Origin: an uncultured delta proteobacterium
Lineage (GTDB): Bacteria > Desulfobacterota > Binatia > DP-6
NCBI GenBank assembly: GCA_963815115.1
Contig: CAWFFN010000005.1
Coordinates: 1,737,077-1,801,076, forward strand
Reading direction: 5' to 3'
DNA length: 64,000 nucleotides
Part shown: piece by piece, positions 20,164 to 29,692 of the stretch
Layout of the letters: every line of letters begins with the position of its first letter
Numbering within the stretch: position 1 is the first letter of the stretch
Notes under the pieces: model-generated
The model's input: the letters and a program-made list of their open reading frames with translations, nothing else
What the model was told of the DNA's origin: nothing
Databases searched by the model: none
Program-made: the position numbers and the translations under genes

Positions 20164-21402
20164 ATGGAGTTGGCCGATGCATTGAGGGTGTACGTCCTGG
20201 CGCTGCCGCCTCTGGCCAAGTTCGCCATCGTCCTCGCGATCATCGCGGGCGTTCCGCCCCTTGCTCGCCGCGCCGGGCTGCCGGAGATGGTGGGCTTGCT
20301 CCTCTTCGGCGTCGTCCTGGGCCCACATGCTCTCGGCTTGTTCGGAGAGGATCGGCCCGTCGCCGACTTCTTCGCCGAGCTGGGCAAGCTGCTGTTGATG
20401 TTCTCGGCCGGGCTGGAGATCGATATCGCGCTCTTTCGCAAGGCTCGCACCCGGTCCATCATCTTCGGCCTCTTCACCACCATCACACCGCTCCTCCTCG
20501 GAACCTTGTTTGGCCTCGCCTTCCGCTATGCCCTCATTCCCGCGATCGTCATCGGATCCCTGCTCGCATCCCACACCCTGCTCGGGCTCGCGGTCATCGA
20601 TCGGCTGGGTGCCACCCGGCTCGAACCGATGGTGGTCACTATCGGCGCAACCGTTCTGTCGGACACGCTGTCGTTGATCGTGTTCGCGATCTGCGTCTCG
20701 ACCTATACGACGGGCTTCTCGCCCGCCGGGCTCGTCGTCCAGCTGATCGAGATCGCCGTCTTCGTCCCGCTCATCCTGTTCGGCCTCAGTCGCGCCGGCT
20801 CCTACGCACTGGGCAGGGTGCGGGACAACGAGAACGCCTATTTCGTCCTGATGCTCGGCATCATGGCGGTGGCCGGCGTGCTTGCAGAATACATCAACCT
20901 TCCGGACATCGTCGGCGCGTTCCTGGCGGGACTGGCGGTCAATGCCGCAGTGGGGAAGCACTCGGCGAAGACGAAGCTCGAGTTTCTCGGCAAGGCCCTG
21001 TTCATTCCGGGCTTCTTCATCGCGACCGGCTTCCTCATCGACCCGTCGGTGTTCGCGACGAGCGTCGTCGACAATTTCCCTCTGGTCGCGGGGATCGTTG
21101 GTACGCTCGTTCTGGGAAAGTGGGTCGCCGCAGCCGTGGTGGGCCGCATGTTCGGCTACACGCCGGCGGCGCGCTCGACGATGTGGGCGCTGACCCTGCC
21201 GCAGGTCGCTGCCACGCTTGCCGCGACGCTGGTAGCCCATGACACGGTCGACGCGGCCGGTCAGCGGATGGTCGACGGCAAGATGCTCAACGCGGTGCTC
21301 GTCCTGATGGTGGCCACGTCCATCCTCGGGCCGCTCCTGACGGAACGATTCGCGCCCCGCATGCTCGAGGAGGAGGCGCTCGAAAGAGAGGTTGCGGCCT
21401 GA
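20164..21402 (+). CDS. Cation:proton antiporter (CPA2 family)
   Basis: LLMFSAGLEID, LLASHTLL, IVGAFLAGLAVN, PQVAATLAA. Confidence 0.9.
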   Translation: MELADALRVYVLALPPLAKFAIVLAIIAGVPPLARRAGLPEMVGLLLFGVVLGPHALGLFGEDRPVADFFAELGKLLLMFSAGLEIDIALFRKARTRSIIFGLFTTITPLLLGTLFGLAFRYALIPAIVIGSLLASHTLLGLAVIDRLGATRLEPMVVTIGATVLSDTLSLIVFAICVSTYTTGFSPAGLVVQLIEIAVFVPLILFGLSRAGSYALGRVRDNENAYFVLMLGIMAVAGVLAEYINLPDIVGAFLAGLAVNAAVGKHSAKTKLEFLGKALFIPGFFIATGFLIDPSVFATSVVDNFPLVAGIVGTLVLGKWVAAAVVGRMFGYTPAARSTMWALTLPQVAATLAATLVAHDTVDAAGQRMVDGKMLNAVLVLMVATSILGPLLTERFAPRMLEEEALEREVAA

Positions 21403-21501
21403 CGGCCGCGGCTGCCGTTGCCGGGTCCGGCGGCGGTCGGGTTGCGTACCAGGTAGGCCGGTCCAGCTGAGCGGTCAGCTCTGATCCGAGGAGGTTGCAC
21501 C

Positions 21502-22432
21502 ATGCGCGCGCCGGTCGTCCTGCTGGTGTTGGCGCTCATCACGCCCGGTCACGCTGCCGACGTGGCGGTGCGCTACCTCGTCGACGACGGTACGCTCAAG
21601 GAGGTCGGTACCGGATCGGCTCTCAATCCGACGCTGTTCACCGACTCCGCGTGCACGCATGCCCTCTTCGGTGCGACGCTCCCGATCACCGGCGCCGTCG
21701 TGTCGCGGCTCAAGCTGTTCAAGCCAAAGCACGGTCCCAAGGCGCCGAAGATCGATCTCATGACCTTCACCATGACCGGCGTACCTCCCTATGACGGGGC
21801 GCTGTATCTCGTGGTCACCGGTCCGGGGGTCGTTCCGGTCGGCACCCCGTGTCAGGTCCAGGGTGGAACGGCGGCGGCTCCTCCGCTGACCACGTCGACG
21901 GTCACGGTCGTCGACGAGAACGGAGCACTGGGCTTCCGGATCAGGGCCGCGAGTGATCCGCTCGTCGTCGGCGTACCGATCGTGCCGGTGACGCGGGAGG
22001 CGGCGTCCGCCCTGATTCCGCTCACCGTCGCCAACCCGTTCGACTGCACGGTCGACGTACGCCGCGAGGGGTCCGGCGCTGCTCTTCCAGGGCGACAGAC
22101 TGGCGGTCTTCAATGCCTACGACTGCGCTGCACACGTGCCGTCGTGCACGGATGGACTGAAGAATCAGGACGAGACGGACATCGACTGCGGCGGCTCGGC
22201 GTGTGCCCAGCGGTGCGGTTACCTGCCGCTCGACGGTGTCTTCAACCTGTGTGCTCCGACGCGTTGCAACAACGGGGTCAAGGACGGACCGGAGACCGAC
22301 ACCGACTGCGGTGGCCTGGCGGTGGGGGGCGACATATGCGGCGGCTGCCCGGCCGGGAAGTCATGCGCGTCGGCCGGGGTTCCGAAAGCAAACTGTGTCA
22401 GCCAGGTGTGCACTGCCGGCGTGTGTCACTAG
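21502..22432 (+). CDS. Secreted protein with C-terminal Cys-rich ETDxDCGG repeats; one frameshift near 22050
   Basis: Signal peptide; after a +1 shift reads STYAARGPALL...CTDGLKNQDETDIDCGG..CNNGVKDGPETDTDCGG. Confidence 0.65.
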
Positions 22433-22516
22433 ATTCGACGAGGTCGGCGAGGCGCGCGACGCGGCGGGTGGCACGATCGAGGTCGCCGTGACACTGTGCG
22501 CCCGGGAGGAGTTCGG

Positions 22517-23509
22517 ATGCCACAGGACATGACGGATGCGAGCCCCGTCCGCCACTTCATCCGGCGTCACTACAGACACTTCAACGCCGCCGTGGTTCGG
22601 GATGCGGCGGAGGCATACGAGCGTCACCTCGCCGCCGGAGGGAAGATGTTCCTCACCCTCGCCGGCGCCATGAGCACGGCCGAGCTCGGCATCTCGCTGG
22701 CCGAGATGATTCGGCGGGACAAGGTGCACGGCATCTGCTGCACCGGGGCCAACCTGGAGGAGGACGTCTTCAACCTCGTGGCGCACGACCACTACGTCCG
22801 CATCCCGACGTACCGCGATCTGACTCCACGGGACGAGCAGGCGCTGCTCGAGCGTCACCTCAACCGGGTGACGGACACGTGCATTCCCGAAGAGGAAGCC
22901 ATGCGCCGGATCGAGCGTGCCGTCCTCCAGGACTGGCTCGAGGCCGACCGCAGCGGCCAGCAATATTTTCCCCACGAGTTCCTGTGCCGGCTGCTGCGCC
23001 GCGGCCAGCTCGCGTCGCAGTACCAGATCGATCCGCGCGACAGCTGGCTGATGGCGGCGGCCGAGAAGGAGCTTCCGATCTTCGTGCCCGGCTGGGAAGA
23101 CTCCACGCTGGGGAACATCTACGCGGCGCACTGCATGGCGGGCGACATCACGAACGTCCACACCGTGCGGACGGGCATCGAGTACATGATGGCGCTGGCC
23201 GAGTGGTACGTGCGGGCCAGCCGCGACGCCTCGATCGGGTTCTTCCAGATCGGCGGCGGCATCGCCGGCGACTTCTCCATCTGCGTCGTCCCGATGCTCC
23301 ATCAGGATCTGCGTCGCACGGAGGTCCCCCTGTGGGGATACTTCTGTCAGATCAGCGATTCGGTCACGAGCTACGGCTCTTATTCGGGGGCGGTACCCAA
23401 CGAGAAGATCACCTGGGGCAAGCTCGGGGTCGACACGCCGAAGTTCGTCATCGAGTCCGACGCGTCGATCGTCGCCCCGCTCATCTTTGCCCATCTCCTG
23501 GGCTGGTAG
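22517..23509 (+). CDS. Deoxyhypusine synthase family protein (bacterial; homospermidine-synthase-type)
   Basis: TLAGAMSTAELG, TGANLEED, PGWEDSTLG, IGGG, SYSGA.PNEKITWGK. Confidence 0.92.
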   Translation: MPQDMTDASPVRHFIRRHYRHFNAAVVRDAAEAYERHLAAGGKMFLTLAGAMSTAELGISLAEMIRRDKVHGICCTGANLEEDVFNLVAHDHYVRIPTYRDLTPRDEQALLERHLNRVTDTCIPEEEAMRRIERAVLQDWLEADRSGQQYFPHEFLCRLLRRGQLASQYQIDPRDSWLMAAAEKELPIFVPGWEDSTLGNIYAAHCMAGDITNVHTVRTGIEYMMALAEWYVRASRDASIGFFQIGGGIAGDFSICVVPMLHQDLRRTEVPLWGYFCQISDSVTSYGSYSGAVPNEKITWGKLGVDTPKFVIESDASIVAPLIFAHLLGW

Positions 23510-23599
23510 TGCTCTCTCGTTCATCCGCCGGTGAGACCGACGACGTTGTCGTTGACGTCTTCACGGAAACGATCGCCGGGAGTATCGGAGGGCCACTCG

Positions 23600-24070
23600 A
23601 TGCACCAACGTGCCGAAGGACAGGCCGGGGATCGTGAGGCGGGTCCGCGCGAGGTGATCGTCCGCGGTGGTGCGGTCGGGTTTGCGCAGGAGATCGTCGT
23701 CGGCCCGCACCGGCTAGCGGCCGACGAACCAACTGCCGTGGGTGGATCCGACGCGGGGCCGGACCCATACGACCTCCTGCTCGCCAGCCTGGGATCGTGT
23801 ACCTCGATGACCGTCGCGTTCTACGCGCGCCGCAAGCAGTGGCCGCTCGAGACCGTCACGGTCCGTCTCCGACACGCGAAGATCCATGCGACCGACTGCA
23901 GCGAGTGTGAAACCCGCGAAGGGATGATCGACCGGATCGAGGTCGGCGTCGAGCTCACGGGCTCGCTGACGGGAGCGCAGAGAGCGCAGCTCCTGGTGAT
24001 TGCCGGGAAGTGTCCGGTCCACAGGACGCTGACCTCGGAGATCGAGATTCGCACGTACCTGAGCGCGTAG
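23600..24070 (+). CDS. OsmC family protein
   Basis: ADEP...GGSDAGPDPYDLLLASLGSC; KCPVHRTL. Confidence 0.92.
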   Translation: MHQRAEGQAGDREAGPREVIVRGGAVGFAQEIVVGPHRLAADEPTAVGGSDAGPDPYDLLLASLGSCTSMTVAFYARRKQWPLETVTVRLRHAKIHATDCSECETREGMIDRIEVGVELTGSLTGAQRAQLLVIAGKCPVHRTLTSEIEIRTYLSA

Positions 24071-24237
24071 CCGAGGTGTGCGAAGACGGCGCGGCCGACT
24101 CGTGATGAGCATTGCATCAGATTCCGCTGCGTGTTCAGGTCCCACCACGGAGGACCGACCGTGAGCGCCTACCCAGCGGCACGACGACAGGCTGCGTGTT
24201 TCTCGCCGCCAGGCTCCCTGGCTCCTGAGGTGTCGCG

Positions 24238-24645
24238 ATGATCGAGCGTATCCAGCCTTCTGGCCTGTTTCCCAGCGCCAAGCTCGGGTTCACCCAGGTG
24301 GTCGCGGCGTCACCGGGTCGTCTGATCTGGATAGCCGGGCAGACCGCCTGCGACGAGCGCGGTCGCCCTGTCGGCGGCACCGATGTCGGCGCGCAGGCGG
24401 CCGCCGCGTTGCAGAATCTCGGGCAGGCGTTGGCTGCTGCCGGCGCCGGGCCGGCCGATGTCACGATGCTCAAGGTGTACGTCGTCGGCTTCAACCGCGA
24501 CGTCGCCTCGCAGATCGCCCCGCGGGTCGCCGAGTTCTTTGCCGGCGTCGAGCCGCCCGCGTCGACCTGGGTGGGCGTCGAGGCCCTGATGCATCCCGAC
24601 TTCCTCATCGAGATCGAGGCGGTTGCCGCGACCCCGGCCGAGTAG
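24238..24645 (+). CDS. RidA/YjgF family protein
   Basis: IAGQ, PPASTWVGVEAL..PDFLIEIEAVA. Confidence 0.9.
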   Translation: MIERIQPSGLFPSAKLGFTQVVAASPGRLIWIAGQTACDERGRPVGGTDVGAQAAAALQNLGQALAAAGAGPADVTMLKVYVVGFNRDVASQIAPRVAEFFAGVEPPASTWVGVEALMHPDFLIEIEAVAATPAE

Positions 24646-24730
24646 CGACTACCAGAGATCCGGAGGTCCGCAGTCGAGGGCCAGGACGGCGGCAGCCACG
24701 GGACGCCGTCGAACGGAAGGAGAAGCACTC

Positions 24731-25495
24731 ATGATCGATCTCTACTACTGGCCGACGCCCAATGGCTGGAAGGTCAGCATCATGCTGGAGGAGTGCGCTC
24801 TCGCGTACCGCACGATTCCCGTCGACATCGGCGGCGGCGATCAGTTCAAGCCCGAATTCCTCCGGATCAGCCCCAACAACCGCATGCCGGCGATCGTCGA
24901 CCACGAGCCGGCCGGGGGCGGGCAGCCGCTCTCGCTCTTCGAGTCCGGAGCGATCCTCGAGTACCTCGCCGACAAGACCGGCAAGTTCCTGCCGCGATCG
25001 GGCGGCACGCGCTACGCGGTCCTGCAGTGGGTGCACTGGCAGATGGCCAATCTCGGCCCCATGATGGGCAACGCCAACCACTTCAAGAACTACGCGAAGC
25101 AGCTGGTCGACGACCCGCAGCAGCTCGCGTATGGCACCCGCCGCTTCGTCGGCGAGGTCGACCGTCTGTGCGGCGTGATGGACGCGCAGCTGTCCGCCAG
25201 TCGCCATCTCGCCGGCCCCGAGTACACGATCGCCGACATCATCACGTGGCCCTGGGCCTCGCTGCTGGGACGGCTGATCGACGAGAACGTCTGGACGGCG
25301 TTTCCGAACCTCAAGCGCTGGGTCGACGAGGTCGGCGCGCGTCCCGCGGTGGCTAGGGGCCGCCAGCTTCACAGGGAGTGGGGCGAGCGCCAGCTGAGCG
25401 AGGAAGAGCAGCAGAGACGCAAGGAGCTCCTCTTCAACCAGACCAACGAGAAGGTGCGCGCTGCGCGGGAGGCGGCCGCGAAGGCCGCGCCGTAA
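24731..25495 (+). CDS. Glutathione S-transferase (YfcG/YghU-like)
   Basis: TPNGWKVSIMLEE, ISPNNRMPAIVD, FESGAIL. Confidence 0.93.
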   Translation: MIDLYYWPTPNGWKVSIMLEECALAYRTIPVDIGGGDQFKPEFLRISPNNRMPAIVDHEPAGGGQPLSLFESGAILEYLADKTGKFLPRSGGTRYAVLQWVHWQMANLGPMMGNANHFKNYAKQLVDDPQQLAYGTRRFVGEVDRLCGVMDAQLSASRHLAGPEYTIADIITWPWASLLGRLIDENVWTAFPNLKRWVDEVGARPAVARGRQLHREWGERQLSEEEQQRRKELLFNQTNEKVRAAREAAAKAAP

Positions 25496-25643
25496 CCACC
25501 GCCTGCGACCCGGGCCATCCGTCCGCCGTCAGCCTGCCCTGGGTGTGCCACGCCCCGGTGACAGTGCAAACTCGATGCTGCTCAAGCGAGACCCGTAGGG
25601 CGCTTGGGCGAGCGTCCCGCGGCAACTCGCGCCGCCCGGCGCC

Positions 25644-25659
25644 CGGCACCGTCCTTGCT
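25644..25659 (+). promoter_or_regulatory. Sigma54 promoter
   Basis: CGGCAC-CGTCC-TTGCT, GG-N10-GC. Confidence 0.55.
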
Positions 25660-25702
25660 CCGTCCGTACTCGACCCTCGACAGGAGGGCGAAGGAGCAGT
25701 CG

Positions 25703-25933
25703 ATGACGACCCAAATCGCCGTATCGCTTGCCACGTCGACCGCCGCGCGGATGGATGCAGTCGACGCGCTGGCCCTGCTGGCCGCCATCCTCGTCGCCGT
25801 CTCGGTCGTCGGTGGCCTCGTGGCCTCGATGCTGTTCGACCCCTCGGCACCACGCCCGTATCGCCTCTCCGCCACTGCTCCGCGCAGCGCTCCCCGGCTG
25901 TCCGCGAACCAGGACGTTTCGCAGGCAGCCTGA
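25703..25933 (+). CDS. Small hypothetical single-TM protein
   Basis: AAGGAG RBS, one hydrophobic helix, upstream sigma54 site. Confidence 0.55.
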   Translation: MTTQIAVSLATSTAARMDAVDALALLAAILVAVSVVGGLVASMLFDPSAPRPYRLSATAPRSAPRLSANQDVSQAA

Positions 25934-26027
25934 ACGCGCGCACGCCCTGGCGCGCTGCGCAACTTGGCCGGCTCTGATCCTCGGCAGCGTGCTCGGCGCG
26001 AAGACTCGGAGGTCGGCCAGTCGAGTC

Positions 26028-26693
26028 TCAGCTCTCCGGCCGAGCGCTTCCCAATCCGAGCTGCGCGAACGCGCTCGTGCGGACGCCGCGGCGGAGCGGG
26101 ACACACTCGTCGGGGAATTCCTGAACCACCTTGGCTCCCATGGCGTCGAGCCCGTCGAGGAACTCGGGCAGGTGATCCATCGCTCCGGTTGGCAGATCGT
26201 GGATGACCACGACCGACCACGGCCGGGTGGCGACGTCGTGGAGACACGTTCTCACCCAGCCGGCGGGCTGCTCCCAGTCCCTCGGCACCGAATTCCAGAG
26301 GACGCAGGTGAACTGCCCCTCCTCCAGACGACCGAGCGCGTGGGGTCCCAGGAGCCGCGCGTCGACGATCCCGCCACGGCCAAACGGCCGAAAGAGGCGA
26401 TCGGGGTGCGAGAGATCGCCGATCAGCTCCTGCGTCTCCGCGATCTGTCGATCGACGGCACCGGGGTCAGCGAGCTCCGCCAGCGGGATCGAGTGCGTGA
26501 GGGTGTGGTTGCCGATCCAGTGCCCCTCCGCGGCGGCGCGCCGTGCGATCGGCTGCGTGCCCGAGACCCGTAGCTGCCGTCCGACGACGAAGAACGTCGA
26601 CCGGATCGCGCGCTCGCGCAGCACGTCGAGCACCCGGGGCGTGACCTCGCGCGTCGGCCCGTTGTCGAAGCTGAGCGTCACCTTGGCGGTCAC
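26028..26693 (-). CDS. Polysaccharide deacetylase (NodB/CE4)
   Basis: LSFDNGP, TFFVVG, GHWIGNHTLTH, LFRPFG, VIHD. Confidence 0.9.
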   Translation of the reverse strand: MTAKVTLSFDNGPTREVTPRVLDVLRERAIRSTFFVVGRQLRVSGTQPIARRAAAEGHWIGNHTLTHSIPLAELADPGAVDRQIAETQELIGDLSHPDRLFRPFGRGGIVDARLLGPHALGRLEEGQFTCVLWNSVPRDWEQPAGWVRTCLHDVATRPWSVVVIHDLPTGAMDHLPEFLDGLDAMGAKVVQEFPDECVPLRRGVRTSAFAQLGLGSARPES

Positions 26694-26823
26694 CGTGCAT
26701 CTCCCGACGTCCCCGACGCGCGCGCCGTGACGATCCCGCGCATCAGGAAGTCTGCCACCTGACACGTGTCCAATTCTGTGGCAAGCGGGTCCGTAGATCA
26801 TTCCAACCCAGGGGGTGGCAGCA

Positions 26824-27531
26824 ATGGGTCTTGCCAACGGCGTTCATCATCTCGCGATCGCGACGCGCGACGCGAAGGCGCAGATCGAGTTCTTCACGCA
26901 GGTCTGCGGCATGGAGCTCGTCGCCCTGTACTGGATGCACGGCGTCGAGAACACGGTCCACGCGTTCCTGCGGCTCGACGATCGCTCGTCGCTCGCCCTG
27001 GTGCAGGCACCGGAGATGCAGTCCATCGAGCCCGCGCTCGGCGTCTCCCGCCCGGGCTTCCCGGCGGGAAACGTGGCTGGCGGCGCCATGCAGCACGTCG
27101 CATTCAACGTCGACTCCGAGGCCGATCTCCTCGCCATGCGGGACCGCTTGCGTACCCACGGGCACTTCGTCATGGGCCCGATCGATCACGGCATGTGTCA
27201 CTCGATCTACGCCACTGCCCCCGAAGGCGTCATGATCGAGTTCTCCACCAGCGCTGCACCCATCGACGCCGACCAGTGGCTCGACCCGGAGGTCGCCGCG
27301 CACTGCGGCATCGACGCGACCGACCTGGCTCGCTACCGGCGGCCGGCGGGCTTCCGCTCGAGGGGCGGCACCGTGCCGCAGCCCGATCCGCACGCCAGGC
27401 CGAACTTCGTGTTCCCCGACGACTGGAAAAAGCGTGGCGAGGCGCTCCTCCACATGACGGACGAGGAGATCGCGGCGGCGCTCAGCGTTCCGACGCCACC
27501 GGTGCCGAAGAAGCGCGCGGCGAACGGCTGA
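26824..27531 (+). CDS. VOC family protein
   Basis: GVHHLAI, MQHVAFNV, DHGMCHSIY..APEG..IEF. Confidence 0.88.
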   Translation: MGLANGVHHLAIATRDAKAQIEFFTQVCGMELVALYWMHGVENTVHAFLRLDDRSSLALVQAPEMQSIEPALGVSRPGFPAGNVAGGAMQHVAFNVDSEADLLAMRDRLRTHGHFVMGPIDHGMCHSIYATAPEGVMIEFSTSAAPIDADQWLDPEVAAHCGIDATDLARYRRPAGFRSRGGTVPQPDPHARPNFVFPDDWKKRGEALLHMTDEEIAAALSVPTPPVPKKRAANG

Positions 27532-27594
27532 CGCTTTCCCGCGACCCAAGGCCGGCCTGCGGGCGCCCGGCCACGCCGCGCGCGAGCGAACCGC

Positions 27595-28563
27595 TCACCA
27601 CCGGCGCAGGAGGTTCTCCGCGCCGGTGGTGAGCTCGCGGACGATGTCTCCGGCCGGCGCGACGCCGCGAACCGCTGCCACCGACTCGCCGGCGTAGAGA
27701 GCCATTGCCGCGATCGTCCCGGTGGTCGCGCGGGTGGGGCAGGGGACGGCAAAGCGGGGCAGTGGCTGGCGGATGCCGGCGAGTTCCAGCTCGCCGACGA
27801 TCTCACCGCCGTGCGCCTCCGCCGCCGCGACGGCCGAGCGCAGCACGCGGTGCGGCGCATCGGGCCACATCACCGAGAAGCGCTCGGTCAGGACCGTGTC
27901 TTCCGACCGCGCACCCACGAGGGCGGCGACGTATTCGGGATGCGCGTCGGCCTCGGCGGCGGCGACGAAGCGCGTGCCCACGCGAACCGCGTCCGCGCCG
28001 GCAGCGAGCGCCGCGGCCATGGCGCGCGGGGTGCCGATGCCTCCGGCCGCGACCACCGGGACGTCGACGGCTTCGAGGACCGCGCCCAGCAACGGCAGCA
28101 GCCCGATGCGTCCCCGCACGTGTCCCCCGGCCTCGGAGCCCTGGGCAACGACGAGGTCGCATCCCGCACGCGCGGCGGCGATCGCCTCCTCGACCGATCC
28201 GACCTGCCAGCACGCGAATGCGCCGCCCGCATGGACGGCGTCGACGAGACCCTCGTCCGGCTCGCCGTAGAAGAACTCGACCAGCCGTGCCCGAGTCGCC
28301 GCTACGGCGACCGCCTGCCGGTCGAGAAAGGGCATGAGGAAGTTGACCCCGAACACTCCCCTGGTGCGGGCGGCGAGGGTATCGAGCATCTCGGCGAGGA
28401 CAGGCGGTGGCACCATCACGCCTCCGAGCATTCCGAGGCCCCCCGCGTCCGCAACCGCAGACGCGAGCGGCAGGGTTGCGACGGCGCCCATCCCTGCCTG
28501 CTGGAGGGGGACGGAACAGCCGAGGAGCGTCGTGAAGCGGGTCTTCAACATCGGGGTGCTCAC
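27595..28563 (-). CDS. Nitronate monooxygenase family flavoprotein
   Basis: AQGSEAGGH, PVVAAGGI, GADAVRVGTRF, YAGES. Confidence 0.92.
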   Translation of the reverse strand: MSTPMLKTRFTTLLGCSVPLQQAGMGAVATLPLASAVADAGGLGMLGGVMVPPPVLAEMLDTLAARTRGVFGVNFLMPFLDRQAVAVAATRARLVEFFYGEPDEGLVDAVHAGGAFACWQVGSVEEAIAAARAGCDLVVAQGSEAGGHVRGRIGLLPLLGAVLEAVDVPVVAAGGIGTPRAMAAALAAGADAVRVGTRFVAAAEADAHPEYVAALVGARSEDTVLTERFSVMWPDAPHRVLRSAVAAAEAHGGEIVGELELAGIRQPLPRFAVPCPTRATTGTIAAMALYAGESVAAVRGVAPAGDIVRELTTGAENLLRRW

Positions 28564-28633
28564 GTAAGGCTGCCGGTGGGTTTCTGCAAGCCGGGTCCGT
28601 GGCGCACGACGACATTCCGTATGTGAGGTCGTC

Positions 28634-28792
28634 CTATCCGCCGTCAGGTTGCCGGTCCAGGCGACGCAGGTGATCGTTCAGCACGTCGCCAAAGCGATCG
28701 AGTACGAAGTCGGCAAGCACCCAGCGAAGGCCCCAGACCACCATTCCGAAGAGTCCGGTCGCGACGACTCCATGCCACCAGGAGGAGAACAT
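28634..28792 (-). CDS. 52-aa small membrane protein
   Basis: GAGGTG RBS; MFSSWWHGVVATGLFGMVVWGLRW. Confidence 0.5.
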   Translation of the reverse strand: MFSSWWHGVVATGLFGMVVWGLRWVLADFVLDRFGDVLNDHLRRLDRQPDGG

Positions 28793-28902
28793 CAACACCT
28801 CACCCGTGCCCACGGTAGCGGGTCCGCCGGACCGATCAATGGGCCGCCGGCGGTCGCGCGACCGGGTACGAGTTCCATCGCGACTCCTCGTGTGTAACGT
28901 GG

Positions 28903-29676
28903 CTAGCTCTTCGCCGCGGTCTCCGGCAGCAGGTCCTCGTCCCACCGCTCCACGCCCTCGGGCGTGCGACCATCGAGCAGGGACGCGACCGCCAGAAGGG
29001 CGCGGAGCGCGTCGCCGACCGGAAAATGGAAGGCTTCCCAGTGCTCGCTGTCCTCGCCATCGTGGTTCGGGATGACGTGATCGAAGAGGTGCGCGAAGCG
29101 GAGCTCCGCGTACGCGCTGCGACACCGCCGCTCGACCTCCTCCAGGTCCGGCAGGGAGAGCGCGCCCTTCTGGCGCGACATCCGCCGGAGTAGTTTGCGG
29201 CGCATGACGTCGGCGACGAGGGCGGGAAGGGAAACCGCCGGCTGGTCGCGGAGCGACAGGATCTCGGCGCGGCCGAGCGGAGCGACGAACATGCTCAAGC
29301 GAGGCACGGCCTGGAGTCGCTCGTGCGTGAGCAAGAGCCGGGCGACGAAGGGATTTCCCTCGAAGAAGGCGTCGCCCTTCGCGAGCAGTGCGTCCAGGTC
29401 GTTCAGATCGAGGGCCTGGAGGTCGCCGCGGACGTCCATCACCACGTAGCGAGCAGTGTCGGCGCCCAGGCCCCCGATCTGCTCGCGGGAGCGGAAGTGG
29501 TAGTCGACCCCGTTCGCCTCCCCCGGCCTGGGGTTCCGCGAGTTGTAGAGTACGATGGGTTGGAGGCGTCCCGAGAGCGCCGGGTGGAAGCGCGCGAGGG
29601 CCTTCGCCAGCGGACTCTTCCCCACGCATGAGGGTCCGGCGAGGATGACGAGGCGTCCGGTCATGTGCTCGGCCAT
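28903..29676 (-). CDS. Guanylate kinase-like P-loop protein
   Basis: LVILAGPSCVGKS; SRNPRPGEANGVDYHF. Confidence 0.8.
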   Translation of the reverse strand: MAEHMTGRLVILAGPSCVGKSPLAKALARFHPALSGRLQPIVLYNSRNPRPGEANGVDYHFRSREQIGGLGADTARYVVMDVRGDLQALDLNDLDALLAKGDAFFEGNPFVARLLLTHERLQAVPRLSMFVAPLGRAEILSLRDQPAVSLPALVADVMRRKLLRRMSRQKGALSLPDLEEVERRCRSAYAELRFAHLFDHVIPNHDGEDSEHWEAFHFPVGDALRALLAVASLLDGRTPEGVERWDEDLLPETAAKS

Positions 29677-29692
29677 ACGGCCGCAGAGGATT

